Part shown: piece by piece, positions 6,615 to 14,244 of the stretch
Layout: each line of letters begins with the position of its first letter
Position numbering within the stretch: position 1 is the first letter of the stretch
From: a virus
Virus record (IMG/VR): IMGVR_UViG_3300034072_000578
Span: 44,413 to 108,412 of that record
Length of the DNA stretch: 64,000 nucleotides
Strand: one strand, 5' to 3'
Program-made: the position numbers and the translations under genes
Notes under the pieces: generated by a model
What the model was told of the DNA's origin: nothing
Seen by the model: only the letters and a program-made list of their open reading frames with translations
Databases searched by the model: none

Positions 6615-7175
6615 TTGTTAGATAAGTTAATTGAGGAAGGCCGAAAGTTCCCGGTCATCTACGCCGATCCGGCTTGGACATTCAAAACATACAGTGCCAA
6701 GGGTGAAGATAAATCCCCTTCGAAGCATTATAAAACAATGTCTATCGCAGACATTTGTGCGCTACCTGTTAAAGAGGTAGCTGCTAAAGACTCTATTCTT
6801 TTAATGTGGGTTTATCAGCCCCTTCTTCCAGAAGCGTTCGAAGTAATGGACGCTTGGGGCTTTGATTATAAGTCAATTGCTTTCGTTTGGGATAAGCTAA
6901 CCAAGCATGGCAAGAAACACATGTCCACCGGCTACTACACTAGGGCCGGTATGGAAATGGTTCTACTAGGGCGTCGAGGTAATCCGCCTAGAGTTAAAGA
7001 CCGTGGCGTTAGGCAGGTCTTCCAATCAACAGTAAGAGAGCATAGTCGTAAGCCTGATGAAGTCTATGACTTTATCGAGCGGCTTTATGACGGCCCTTAC
7101 CTAGAAATGTTCGCCCGCAATACCTACCGCAAGGATTGGACTAAGGTTGGCGACGAGGTAGGGAAGCTTGGCTAG
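6615..7175 (+). CDS. MT-A70 family N6-adenine methyltransferase
   Basis: IYADPAW catalytic motif, AWGF.Y, HSRKPDE, LEMFAR. Confidence 0.92.
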   Translation: MLDKLIEEGRKFPVIYADPAWTFKTYSAKGEDKSPSKHYKTMSIADICALPVKEVAAKDSILLMWVYQPLLPEAFEVMDAWGFDYKSIAFVWDKLTKHGKKHMSTGYYTRAGMEMVLLGRRGNPPRVKDRGVRQVFQSTVREHSRKPDEVYDFIERLYDGPYLEMFARNTYRKDWTKVGDEVGKLG

Positions 7176-7602
7176 CGCTCCAGTTCTGGAAGACCTTTGT
7201 AGGGAGCTTGCTAGAGAACTGCACCTTAAAGTCGACTCTTATGAAGATAAGCTAAACCAAGAAATCAACATAAGAGTTGTCGAGCAATACGCCTCTAGCA
7301 ACACCTACGGGTATCGCATCGATATGATGCGTGTAATGTTAAATGGTAGGGAGGAATATGAGCATTTCTTCCACCATATGCGTTCGGTAATTCTGGAAGC
7401 TCGAAAGAAAAGTGATCGATGCCTAGAGACAGGCAGAGTCGTATATCGATTTGAGCCAGAAAAGATTATCCCGGTATCATCCAGACCGGTCGATTGGGGT
7501 CAACGCCCACCGCCTAAGGCAGATAAGCTACCCGAACCACCACCCGACCCCAAATTAATTATGATGGAAAGAAAGCAACTCCATGAATACGGACGTTACT
7601 AA
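7168..7602 (+). CDS. hypothetical protein
   Basis: 144-aa ORF overlapping both neighbours. Confidence 0.5.
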   Translation: MASAPVLEDLCRELARELHLKVDSYEDKLNQEINIRVVEQYASSNTYGYRIDMMRVMLNGREEYEHFFHHMRSVILEARKKSDRCLETGRVVYRFEPEKIIPVSSRPVDWGQRPPPKADKLPEPPPDPKLIMMERKQLHEYGRY

Positions 7603-7981
7603 ACCGATCTTTGTTTTCGGTAGCAATTTAGCAGGAAGGCATGGCAAAGGTGCCGCTTCTATAGCTAGGCTTCAATATGGGGCGATTTACGGGCAGGGAG
7701 AGGGTCTACAGGGCCAATCCTACGCTGTCCCTACCAAGGATGCAGCTTTAAAGGTTTTGCCCCTCAGGACCATTAAAATGCACGTAGATAAGTTTCTCAA
7801 ATTCGCAGAGCGGAATTCTGATATAACTTTTAAAGTTACTGCGCTAGGAACTGGCCTAGCTGGTTACTCGCATGATGACATAGGGCCAATGTTCGCCTTG
7901 GCTAGCATGAACTGTGTTCTACCTATGGCTTGGAAGCCCTATGCCATGGATTGCGGTTATAGACAATGGTGGTGGAGTTAA
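7583..7981 (+). CDS. A1S_2505-family phage protein (macrodomain-like)
   Basis: IFVFGSNLAGRHGKGAA...GEGLQGQSYAVPTK...VTALGTGLAGY. Confidence 0.8.
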   Translation: MNTDVTKPIFVFGSNLAGRHGKGAASIARLQYGAIYGQGEGLQGQSYAVPTKDAALKVLPLRTIKMHVDKFLKFAERNSDITFKVTALGTGLAGYSHDDIGPMFALASMNCVLPMAWKPYAMDCGYRQWWWS

Positions 7982-8428
7982 TTACTCCGCTACCTTCACT
8001 TTAGTAGGCGTAACGGCCTCAAGTGCCCTAAGGCGATCAGAATACTTAGATAGTCTTCCATCAACTTCATTAAACTTGGAGGTTGTCTGCGTTTTGAAGT
8101 CATCTTGGCGATCCTTAACAGTCTGTAACGTAATACGCTGTTCGGTAGAAGCGACGGCAAGAGCTTGTGTAGCTTCCGTCATTGCTTTGAGGTTGGAGTC
8201 GGTTGCATTCATTCGCGTGGTGTAGATAGTCCCAAAAGAACCTACTACAGTCATGAAAATAGTAATGCCGATACCAATGGGTGTCCAGTTAATCTTCGAC
8301 TCGGTATCTAACTTGTTTTGAATCTTATCTAGAGTAGATGAAATGCTATCAATGATAGTCTCTAATCTAGAAAGCCTTGTGTCAACGTTCGTTCCGTGGT
8401 CATATCTAGGCTGTCTTTGGCTGCTCAT
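7982..8428 (-). CDS. single-TM coiled-coil membrane protein (possible holin/XhlA-like)
   Basis: Heptad N-terminus, one TM (WTPIGIGITIFMTVVGSFG), coiled-coil C-terminus; own AAGGA RBS; lone antisense gene. Confidence 0.5.
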   Translation of the reverse strand: MSSQRQPRYDHGTNVDTRLSRLETIIDSISSTLDKIQNKLDTESKINWTPIGIGITIFMTVVGSFGTIYTTRMNATDSNLKAMTEATQALAVASTEQRITLQTVKDRQDDFKTQTTSKFNEVDGRLSKYSDRLRALEAVTPTKVKVAE

Positions 8429-8482
8429 AGTTATTCCTTACTTTGTTGCGCCGAAGTATAACACAATTACAAAGGATTGCTA

Positions 8483-9052
8483 ATGATAACTCTATTAACA
8501 ACACCTGCAACACCTAGATTAGAAGGTTATATAGAAGACTTCCGCTCTTTTGCTATTAGACTTCATGGCGATCAGCGTTATGGTGACTTCCCTTATCCTT
8601 TCCACCTAGCCCATGTAGAAGAAACTCTAGTAGCAAATGGCTACGATGACTTTAAATATCGAGCTAGCGGATGGCTTCACGATGTCCTAGAAGACTGCGA
8701 TATGTCTATTAACAGGCTGGCCGAATGCTTCGGCTCTGAGATTGCTGCTATGGTGTTCGCTTGCACTGGCGAAGGGGCCAATCGTAAGGAACGCAATGCT
8801 AGCGTCTACAAAAAACTAGCAGCACTTCCCGCAGCAGCGCCGGTTAAAGTAGCTGATCGTATTGTTAATATGAAGTTCAGTGTAATCAATAAGAGCAAGC
8901 AACTAGGAATGTATATTAGAGAGTTCGGGGATTTTTCTAATAATGTCCGCCCTCTTATGACAAACACAACGAAAGACGCTCTTCTGTGGAATCGACTAGA
9001 AGACGTAGTAGGACTAGCGGTTAAAAGAATGTCAGAAACAAAGGTTGCGTGA
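8483..9052 (+). CDS. HD-domain hydrolase, RelA/SpoT small alarmone hydrolase (Mesh1)-like
   Basis: H.DQ.Y..PY..HL..V, LHDVLED, VKVADR..N. Confidence 0.8.
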   Translation: MITLLTTPATPRLEGYIEDFRSFAIRLHGDQRYGDFPYPFHLAHVEETLVANGYDDFKYRASGWLHDVLEDCDMSINRLAECFGSEIAAMVFACTGEGANRKERNASVYKKLAALPAAAPVKVADRIVNMKFSVINKSKQLGMYIREFGDFSNNVRPLMTNTTKDALLWNRLEDVVGLAVKRMSETKVA

Positions 9053-9073
9053 CGTTCCCGAATCGGCTATAGC
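9045..9073 (+). promoter_or_regulatory. sigma70-type promoter with GANTC in the spacer
   Basis: TTGCGT-17-TATAGC with CGAATCG at 9059-9065, just upstream of a tRNA. Confidence 0.6.
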
Positions 9074-9085
9074 CCTGAAAATCAA

Positions 9086-9162
9086 GCGCGTTTAGCTCAG
9101 TTGGTAGAGCAGTCGGCCCCTAATCCGACAGGCCACGGGTTCGATCCCTGTAACGCGCACCA
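9086..9162 (+). tRNA. atypical tRNA with 8-nt anticodon loop CCCCTAAT (Arg CCT or suppressor-like CTA)
   Basis: GCGCGTT/AACGCGC acceptor, GTCGG/CCGAC stem enclosing 8 nt, TTCGATC T-loop, CCA. Confidence 0.7.
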
Positions 9163-9296
9163 GTTTCTAAGGTGAGTATCCCTCTTAAAGCGAAGTTACG
9201 CCTACTCGGTCATAGTAGCCTTCCGCCTTATTAAGTAAGGAATTAAATATGAACTATATGGAGCATGATATTTCCCGAATATGAAGGGAGATATTC

Positions 9297-9635
9297 ATGA
9301 AGAAACAACACTACGAAATTAACAAAGTTCAAAACCGCCTTTGGGGACTTTCGGGCGTCCTCGCCTCTTATGGCCCTAGAGATATTGGCTGGTGGCGACG
9401 TAATTTTTACGCCCTCGAAAACTTCGGTGATCGTCACCGGGTTATGAACGAGAAGCGTCAAAATCGTAACGCTCGCAAAGACGAAGAAATCCAGCACTAC
9501 AAGGTCAAGCTTCGCAGCAGACGTATGAACGTCCCCACTAAATGGGACGATGAACATATCTCTAAGTGGGGCGGCAAGTCTTGGAAGCTTGGGACTAAGG
9601 CCCGCAAACAGTGGGCTAAGAACGTTCGCCACTAA
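9297..9635 (+). CDS. basic, Trp-rich hypothetical protein
   Basis: R.RR..VP.KWDD...KSWK..K.RKQW C-terminus; GGGAG RBS. Confidence 0.65.
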   Translation: MKKQHYEINKVQNRLWGLSGVLASYGPRDIGWWRRNFYALENFGDRHRVMNEKRQNRNARKDEEIQHYKVKLRSRRMNVPTKWDDEHISKWGGKSWKLGTKARKQWAKNVRH

Positions 9636-9712
9636 CTATAACTAGTGGCAAGGGTAATGTAGCATTGAAGGTCGCTTGTTTCGTGCCATTTCCGGGGTAG
9701 CAACCGGCCCGC

Positions 9713-9740
9713 TTGACAACTTAGAATTACGTGTTATATT
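9713..9740 (+). promoter_or_regulatory. strong sigma70 promoter of the leader/Pth2-like operon
   Basis: TTGACA-16-TATATT with extended -10 TG. Confidence 0.7.
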
Positions 9741-9767
9741 GAAAGCTCACTACAGAAGGAAAGTAGA

Positions 9768-9852
9768 ATGCACTAGCTGCCCCATCGTCCTCCTTAAAGT
9801 AGTCAGTATCTAACCCAAAGCGATTTACTGATTTATTTTAAGATTAAAGGAC
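9768..9852 (+). promoter_or_regulatory. putative translational attenuator: uORF M-H-(UAG)-L-P-H-R-P-P-(UAA) plus an RBS-sequestering hairpin
   Basis: AAGGA RBS; ATG CAC TAG CTG CCC CAT CGT CCT CCT TAA; 9787-9808 pairs with 9826-9852, including the downstream RBS. Confidence 0.6.
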
Positions 9853-9859
9853 AATACAC

Positions 9860-10186
9860 ATGACTAAGAACTATTTCGACCATTACAATACCCTAGCCAA
9901 CAACAAAGACGTTTCAAGAGCAGACGTTTATACTCGCTGCATCATCAAGGCCATTCGTGCTAAGAGCGAGGACAAGGTTGGCGTTGCAATCGCCCTACTA
10001 AAGAAGGCTTTCACTAAGCCCACAAACCCTACTAAGGTCGCCAACGGCGCTCTACAGTATTGGGGCATCAATCACGCTCGCTATGAAGCCAGCCTGAAAT
10101 ATCGTTATCTAACGAAAGAATATCTAACAGAAGCCGAACAAGGCGCTTGGGAAGTAATTTTCCAAGCCACCAAAGGCGTAGCATAA
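9860..10186 (+). CDS. hypothetical protein (first gene of the attenuated operon)
   Basis: 108-aa ORF, AAGGA RBS, TAATG-coupled to the next gene. Confidence 0.7.
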   Translation: MTKNYFDHYNTLANNKDVSRADVYTRCIIKAIRAKSEDKVGVAIALLKKAFTKPTNPTKVANGALQYWGINHARYEASLKYRYLTKEYLTEAEQGAWEVIFQATKGVA

Positions 10187-10509
10187 TGACTCCATATTAT
10201 TGCTATATCTTTGTGCGCCAAGATATAACACCGGAGCAGCAACTAATCCAATTTGGGCATGTTGCTGCTAAGGCAGGCGCTAAGAGTCCCGATAAGCTTT
10301 GGGAGTATGTTCATTTCGTTGGGATCGGAGTTAGAAACGAAAGGGAGCTTCACAAAGCTGCGCTCCTAATGGCTGACAATGACATTCCTTATTCTACCTT
10401 TAATGAAGGGGCCATGGACGATGAGCTAACAGCCGTCGCCTCAGTCCCGGTAAGAGGTCCGACTAGGGAAGTGTTCAAGAATTATAAGACGTTACGCTTC
10501 GGAAATTGA
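10186..10509 (+). CDS. peptidyl-tRNA hydrolase 2 (Pth2/PTRHD1)-like protein
   Basis: YIFVRQDI...IQ.GH.A....V.NE.EL.....F.E....ELTAVA..P....F..Y..L matches the Pth2 fold pattern. Confidence 0.7.
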   Translation: MTPYYCYIFVRQDITPEQQLIQFGHVAAKAGAKSPDKLWEYVHFVGIGVRNERELHKAALLMADNDIPYSTFNEGAMDDELTAVASVPVRGPTREVFKNYKTLRFGN

Positions 10510-10528
10510 AATTTTCCTCTTTCCTACA

Positions 10529-10577
10529 CGGGCGGGAATCGCTATCTGTTTCAATACAGGGCGATTCCCGCCCTTTT
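10529..10577 (+). terminator. intrinsic terminator
   Basis: GGGCGGGAATCGC/GCGATTCCCGCCC stem followed by TTTT. Confidence 0.8.
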
Positions 10578-10599
10578 CGTTTCTGGGGAGTTATGAGCG

Positions 10600-10773
10600 G
10601 TGGAAGTTTACGTAATTTTGTATGGGTGTGCTGCTAAGCCCGAATTATCCGATGAAGTGAAGGGCTACCTTTACAACCGGATCGACGCCCAAGAATATTG
10701 CGACCAGCAGAATGAAGAAGCGGAAGAAGGCTATGCTTACTGGTTTGAGACAGCCCCGCAACTGATGGTATGA
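10600..10773 (+). CDS. small acidic protein (57 aa, GTG start)
   Basis: GGGGAG RBS, ATGA-coupled to the next gene. Confidence 0.45.
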   Translation: MEVYVILYGCAAKPELSDEVKGYLYNRIDAQEYCDQQNEEAEEGYAYWFETAPQLMV

Positions 10774-11141
10774 TAATAACCTTGCTAGTATGCTTGGTAA
10801 TTAAGCATTTCATCTTCGATTTCGTTTATCAACCAGCCTATCAATGGCAGAACAAAGGAAGATACGGGCATTGGGGCGGACTAGTTCATTCCGCTCAACA
10901 TGGGATAGCTTCTGCCGTAATATTGCCATTCTTTATTGATGATAAGTCAGTAATAGCCTATCTGGTAGCGTTCGAATTCATCGTTCACTACCATATGGAC
11001 TACTTCAAGATGAAGTTGAATGCACATATGGGGTGGAAGTGTAACACCCATTATGAGTTTTGGGTTTGGACAGGTTTCGACCAACTAATCCATTCACTAA
11101 CTTACCTAGTAATGGCGGAAGTAGTTTACCGTTACAGCTAA
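10770..11141 (+). CDS. DUF3307-family membrane protein
   Basis: KH..FDF..Q, H...HG, HY..D..K, GFDQ..H. Confidence 0.8.
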   Translation: MIITLLVCLVIKHFIFDFVYQPAYQWQNKGRYGHWGGLVHSAQHGIASAVILPFFIDDKSVIAYLVAFEFIVHYHMDYFKMKLNAHMGWKCNTHYEFWVWTGFDQLIHSLTYLVMAEVVYRYS

Positions 11142-11175
11142 GGTAAGAAAAAGTTTCTCTCGCCAAACTTTTCTG

Positions 11176-11204
11176 TTGACGGGCGAATCTCAGGTCGCTA
11201 GACC
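11176..11204 (+). promoter_or_regulatory. sigma70 promoter with GANTC in the spacer
   Basis: TTGACG-17-TAGACC, GAATC at 11185. Confidence 0.65.
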
Positions 11205-11278
11205 GAAATCATCTACTGGCTATCGGGTGGTTTAGTTAGTAGGTTCCTTTTTTAACCGCTCTGGTAAGAGGTATTACC

Positions 11279-11878
11279 ATGACTCAGTTGAACGCCGAAA
11301 CGGCATCTGAATTCGATTTCGTTGCCCTGATCGACGCTTCGGGTTCGATGGGCAATCCGTCCGTCAAGATGCCGGGGAAGACCCGCTGGCAGGAAATGCA
11401 AGAGTCGCTGCTGGGCTTCATCCGCGCCATCGAACCGTTCGACGCTGACGGCATCGATGTCGGTGTGTTCGGCCCGAACTTCGAAGTCGAAGAAGGCGTT
11501 ACGTCCGCCACCATCGACAAGCTGTTCGCTTCGCGTGGTCCGCGTGGTTCGACCCCGCTGCATGATGCCATCGCGTGGACCATCGACAAGCAGAAGAAGA
11601 CCGGCAAGAAGACCTTCGCCGTCATCTTCACCGATGGCGAGCCGAACGATCAGGCGCTGGTCGCCAAGCTCATCACCGATGCTTCGAACAACATCGCGAA
11701 GGATGAAGACCTGACGTTCCTCTTCATCCAGATCGGCGACGACAAGGCGGCGCGGAACTATCTCGATCATCTGGACGACCAGTTGACCGGCAAGTTCGAC
11801 ATCGTGGACGTTGTGAGCGTCACCGAAGCGGACTCGATGGAACCGCTGGCCCTCATCAACAAGGCCATTGCCGACTAA
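11279..11878 (+). CDS. Ter-associated von Willebrand factor A domain protein
   Basis: MIDAS DASGSM, GSTPL, FTDGEP, FIQIGDD..A..YL..LDD. Confidence 0.88.
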   Translation: MTQLNAETASEFDFVALIDASGSMGNPSVKMPGKTRWQEMQESLLGFIRAIEPFDADGIDVGVFGPNFEVEEGVTSATIDKLFASRGPRGSTPLHDAIAWTIDKQKKTGKKTFAVIFTDGEPNDQALVAKLITDASNNIAKDEDLTFLFIQIGDDKAARNYLDHLDDQLTGKFDIVDVVSVTEADSMEPLALINKAIAD

Positions 11879-11989
11879 TCGCCGGCAATACATCACCAAC
11901 CTAGTTAGTTGGTATCGTTCTGAATAACCTTGGGGTAGTAGAAGTAGGAAGAAATGCTTCTACTACCCCTTTTAGTAGCGGGGTTTAAT

Positions 11990-12436
11990 ATGGGTTTCCT
12001 CGATAGCCTCAAAGGCATCGCCTCCAACTTCATGGCTGATGCTGAAAAGGCTCTTAGCCGCATGTCCGACAAGGCGACTTTCATTCGCACCGTCCAAGCT
12101 TCCTATCTGGTCGCTGCCGCTGATGGCAACGTATCGGATGAAGAGAAGGTGGTTCTTGGCCGCGTCATCGCCAAGAAACTTCCTTCCTTCAAGTCGTCGG
12201 AGGTTGCTAAGGCAATCGATGACTGCGCCGAAGAAATGTCCCTCTCTGCCGTAGCTGGTAAGGTTGCTCTTATGGAGAGCATCGAAAAGGCTGCTGGCAC
12301 TGATGGTGCAAAGGTCATCATGCTTGGCATGTTGGCCGTGGCCAATGCCGACAATGAGTTCCAACCCTCCGAACAGCAGGTGGCGCGGGCCATTTGCGTC
12401 AAGCTCGGTCTTCGCCCGCAGGAGTATGCGCTATAA
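11990..12436 (+). CDS. terB: TerB-family protein
   Basis: LVAAADGNVSDEEK and VANADNEFQPSE repeats. Confidence 0.8.
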   Translation: MGFLDSLKGIASNFMADAEKALSRMSDKATFIRTVQASYLVAAADGNVSDEEKVVLGRVIAKKLPSFKSSEVAKAIDDCAEEMSLSAVAGKVALMESIEKAAGTDGAKVIMLGMLAVANADNEFQPSEQQVARAICVKLGLRPQEYAL

Positions 12437-13035
12437 TGGAATGGTTACTTGCTAACCTGATGACGTTCGGTAGTATCGTTCTGCTGGACATCGTTCTCTC
12501 CGGTGATAACGCCGTTATTATCGGGGCAAAAGCCGCCAGCCTTCCCGCCGAACAGCGTAAGAAGGTCATCAAATACGGCATGTTCATGGCCGCAGGTTTC
12601 CGCATCGTTCTGCTGTTCCTCGCGACCTACCTGCTACAGATTCCCGGTATCCGACTCGCCGGTGGTCTTGCCCTGCTCTATGTGGCGTGGGGTATGTTCA
12701 AGGATATCAGGGACAATGGTATCGTTGATGGTAGCACGGAGAACGTAACGGCTGCTGCGAACTATCGTTCCGCACTCTTCGCCGTTGCTCTTGCCGATCT
12801 TTCGATGTCCATCGATAACATTCTTGCCGTTGCTGGTGCTGCCGGGGATCATTACTTCGCGCTCATCTTCGGTATCGTGTTGTCGATCTTCATCATGATC
12901 TTTGCTGCCAATGCGGTAGCGAGACTCATTGAGAAGTATCGTTGGCTGGCTTGGTTCGGCTTGCTGCTGGTCCTCTATATCGCGGGTCATCTGATCTATC
13001 AGGACGTTCCAGTCATCGTGTCTTGGACTTCCTAA
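12436..13035 (+). CDS. terC: TerC/YjbE-family membrane protein
   Basis: LDIVLSGDNAVII and ADLSMSIDNILAVAG, multiple TMs. Confidence 0.9.
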   Translation: MEWLLANLMTFGSIVLLDIVLSGDNAVIIGAKAASLPAEQRKKVIKYGMFMAAGFRIVLLFLATYLLQIPGIRLAGGLALLYVAWGMFKDIRDNGIVDGSTENVTAAANYRSALFAVALADLSMSIDNILAVAGAAGDHYFALIFGIVLSIFIMIFAANAVARLIEKYRWLAWFGLLLVLYIAGHLIYQDVPVIVSWTS

Positions 13036-13046
13036 TAAGCTAATAG

Positions 13047-13072
13047 AAACGGGGCTTAACGGCCCCGTTTTT
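13047..13072 (+). terminator. intrinsic terminator
   Basis: AAACGGGGC/GCCCCGTTT stem plus T-run. Confidence 0.8.
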
Positions 13073-13153
13073 ATTTGACCTTAATCAAATAATACTAGAT
13101 TAAATATAAGATCAGGGCCAAGAAAAAAAGTTTGGGCTTGGTGCATTTTTCTC

Positions 13154-13182
13154 TTGCACCGAATCGATTCGTCGCCTAGATA
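13154..13182 (+). promoter_or_regulatory. promoter of the large RNA operon, with two tandem GANTC sites
   Basis: TTGCAC-17-TAGATA with CGAATCGATTCG in the spacer; A/T-rich UP element. Confidence 0.7.
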
Positions 13183-13189
13183 GAGATCA

Positions 13190-14006
13190 CCGGCAAGGAA
13201 ACGAACCGGTCGCTGCTTGAAGCGGATAAGCTAGAGTAATCTGGTGAAAGGTTAGGAGCCAAACCAAGCCGCCTAGTAATAGGTCAACTTAAGCAACATG
13301 GAACTGACCGAAAGGTTCCTCTATACAAGTAGGGGATAGATTGAAGGATAAGGGTTTTAGGTCCGAAAGGATAACTAGCAGAGCTAATCGGTGAGCTAGT
13401 GAAGTCGCAAACACCTGCACCAAGCAAAACTTATTCGAAGTCGATAGTGAACCATAAGGGTAATAGTTCGACCATTAGCGTGGAAGAGCATTAGCCAGTT
13501 ACCAAAGGTGGAGACACTTTACGTAACCGTTGAGTAGCCCGCAAGGCGAAAGACATGAGGCGTGTGGCATGTTGTTCCCCAAAAGGGAATGATACCATTG
13601 GACAAGCACGTCTTAACTGGAAACAACTTAGCATAACGGTAATGCGATGGACTCTTAATCCATTGATTGTTGGTTCAAATCCAGCAGTTGATTCATCAAC
13701 GCAAAGCCTTGTCCAGCTATAAGTGAAAGGCACCTAAGCCCTACCTAGAGTGGGGGCATGAAGTCTCGCAAGGATGGATTGTTTGTAGTGGAAGAACTCA
13801 TTGCTCTTTAGCGGGAGCTTAATGGAGGTAAAACTTCAATGGGATTAAGATACTATGAGTAGCTTGTAGTGATATCGCAAATGCCAGCGATTAATAAAAT
13901 GGCGGTGTTGGTAGTTACTATGATACCTTGACCGGGTTATAGTGGAAAAGGCCCTAAACAATAAGGGGTTTAAGACTGCCCTTAGTAAGTGTATTCTCAG
14001 CTTGCT
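13190..14006 (+). ncRNA. GOLLD-like giant structured RNA
   Basis: About 800 nt without a credible ORF, many GNRA-capped hairpins, segment GTAACCGTTGAGTAGCCCGCAAGGC and 3' GTGTATTCTCAG that I recall from GOLLD RNAs, adjacent to tRNAs; boundaries approximate. Confidence 0.75.
13622..13693 (+). tRNA. trnK: tRNA-Lys(CTT) embedded in the GOLLD-like RNA, no encoded CCA
   Basis: CAACT/AGTTG acceptor core, ATGGA-CTCTTAA-TCCAT, GTTGG-TTCAAAT-CCAGC. Confidence 0.75.
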
Positions 14007-14016
14007 AATTACATAT

Positions 14017-14065
14017 GGGGATAATCGCGTAAAGTCATTGGTCTGACCGCTCGGTTTCCCCACCA
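14017..14065 (+). ncRNA. 49-nt minihelix-like RNA ending in ACCA
   Basis: GGGGA/TCCCC-A-CCA closing an irregular hairpin. Confidence 0.5.
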
Positions 14066-14066
14066 T

Positions 14067-14144
14067 GGCCTATGTAGCTCAGTCCGGTTAGAGCGTCCGA
14101 TAAATAAGGAAGGTCGTTGGTTCGAATCCAACCCTAAGGCCCCA
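14067..14144 (+). ncRNA. tRNA-like RNA with a shortened anticodon arm
   Basis: Canonical D-arm and T-arm, CCA; anticodon arm is TCC-GATAAATAA-GGA. Confidence 0.65.
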
Positions 14145-14145
14145 T

Positions 14146-14242
14146 AGCGCGGTAGTTTGAGTGTGCTTCTGGACAGAAGTATGCAGACAAAACAGCTTTC
14201 GGAGGATTGAAGACGGGGGTTTGAATCCCTCTCGCGCTTCCA
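14146..14242 (+). ncRNA. tRNA-like RNA with an expanded D-domain and no clear anticodon
   Basis: AGCGCGG/TCGCGCT-T-CCA, inserted hairpin GTGTGCTTCT-GGAC-AGAAGTATGC, T-loop TTTGAAT. Confidence 0.6.
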
Positions 14243-14244
14243 AC

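Noticed and set aside
11880-11990. yybP-ykoY Mn2+ riboswitch upstream of terB/terC
   Set aside because: Consensus elements not found; only a terminator-like hairpin is visible
11252-12990. Long antisense ORFs over the ter operon (similar ones at 24555-25229 and 36380-37387)
   Set aside because: Shadow ORFs caused by GC3-rich codon usage on the coding strand
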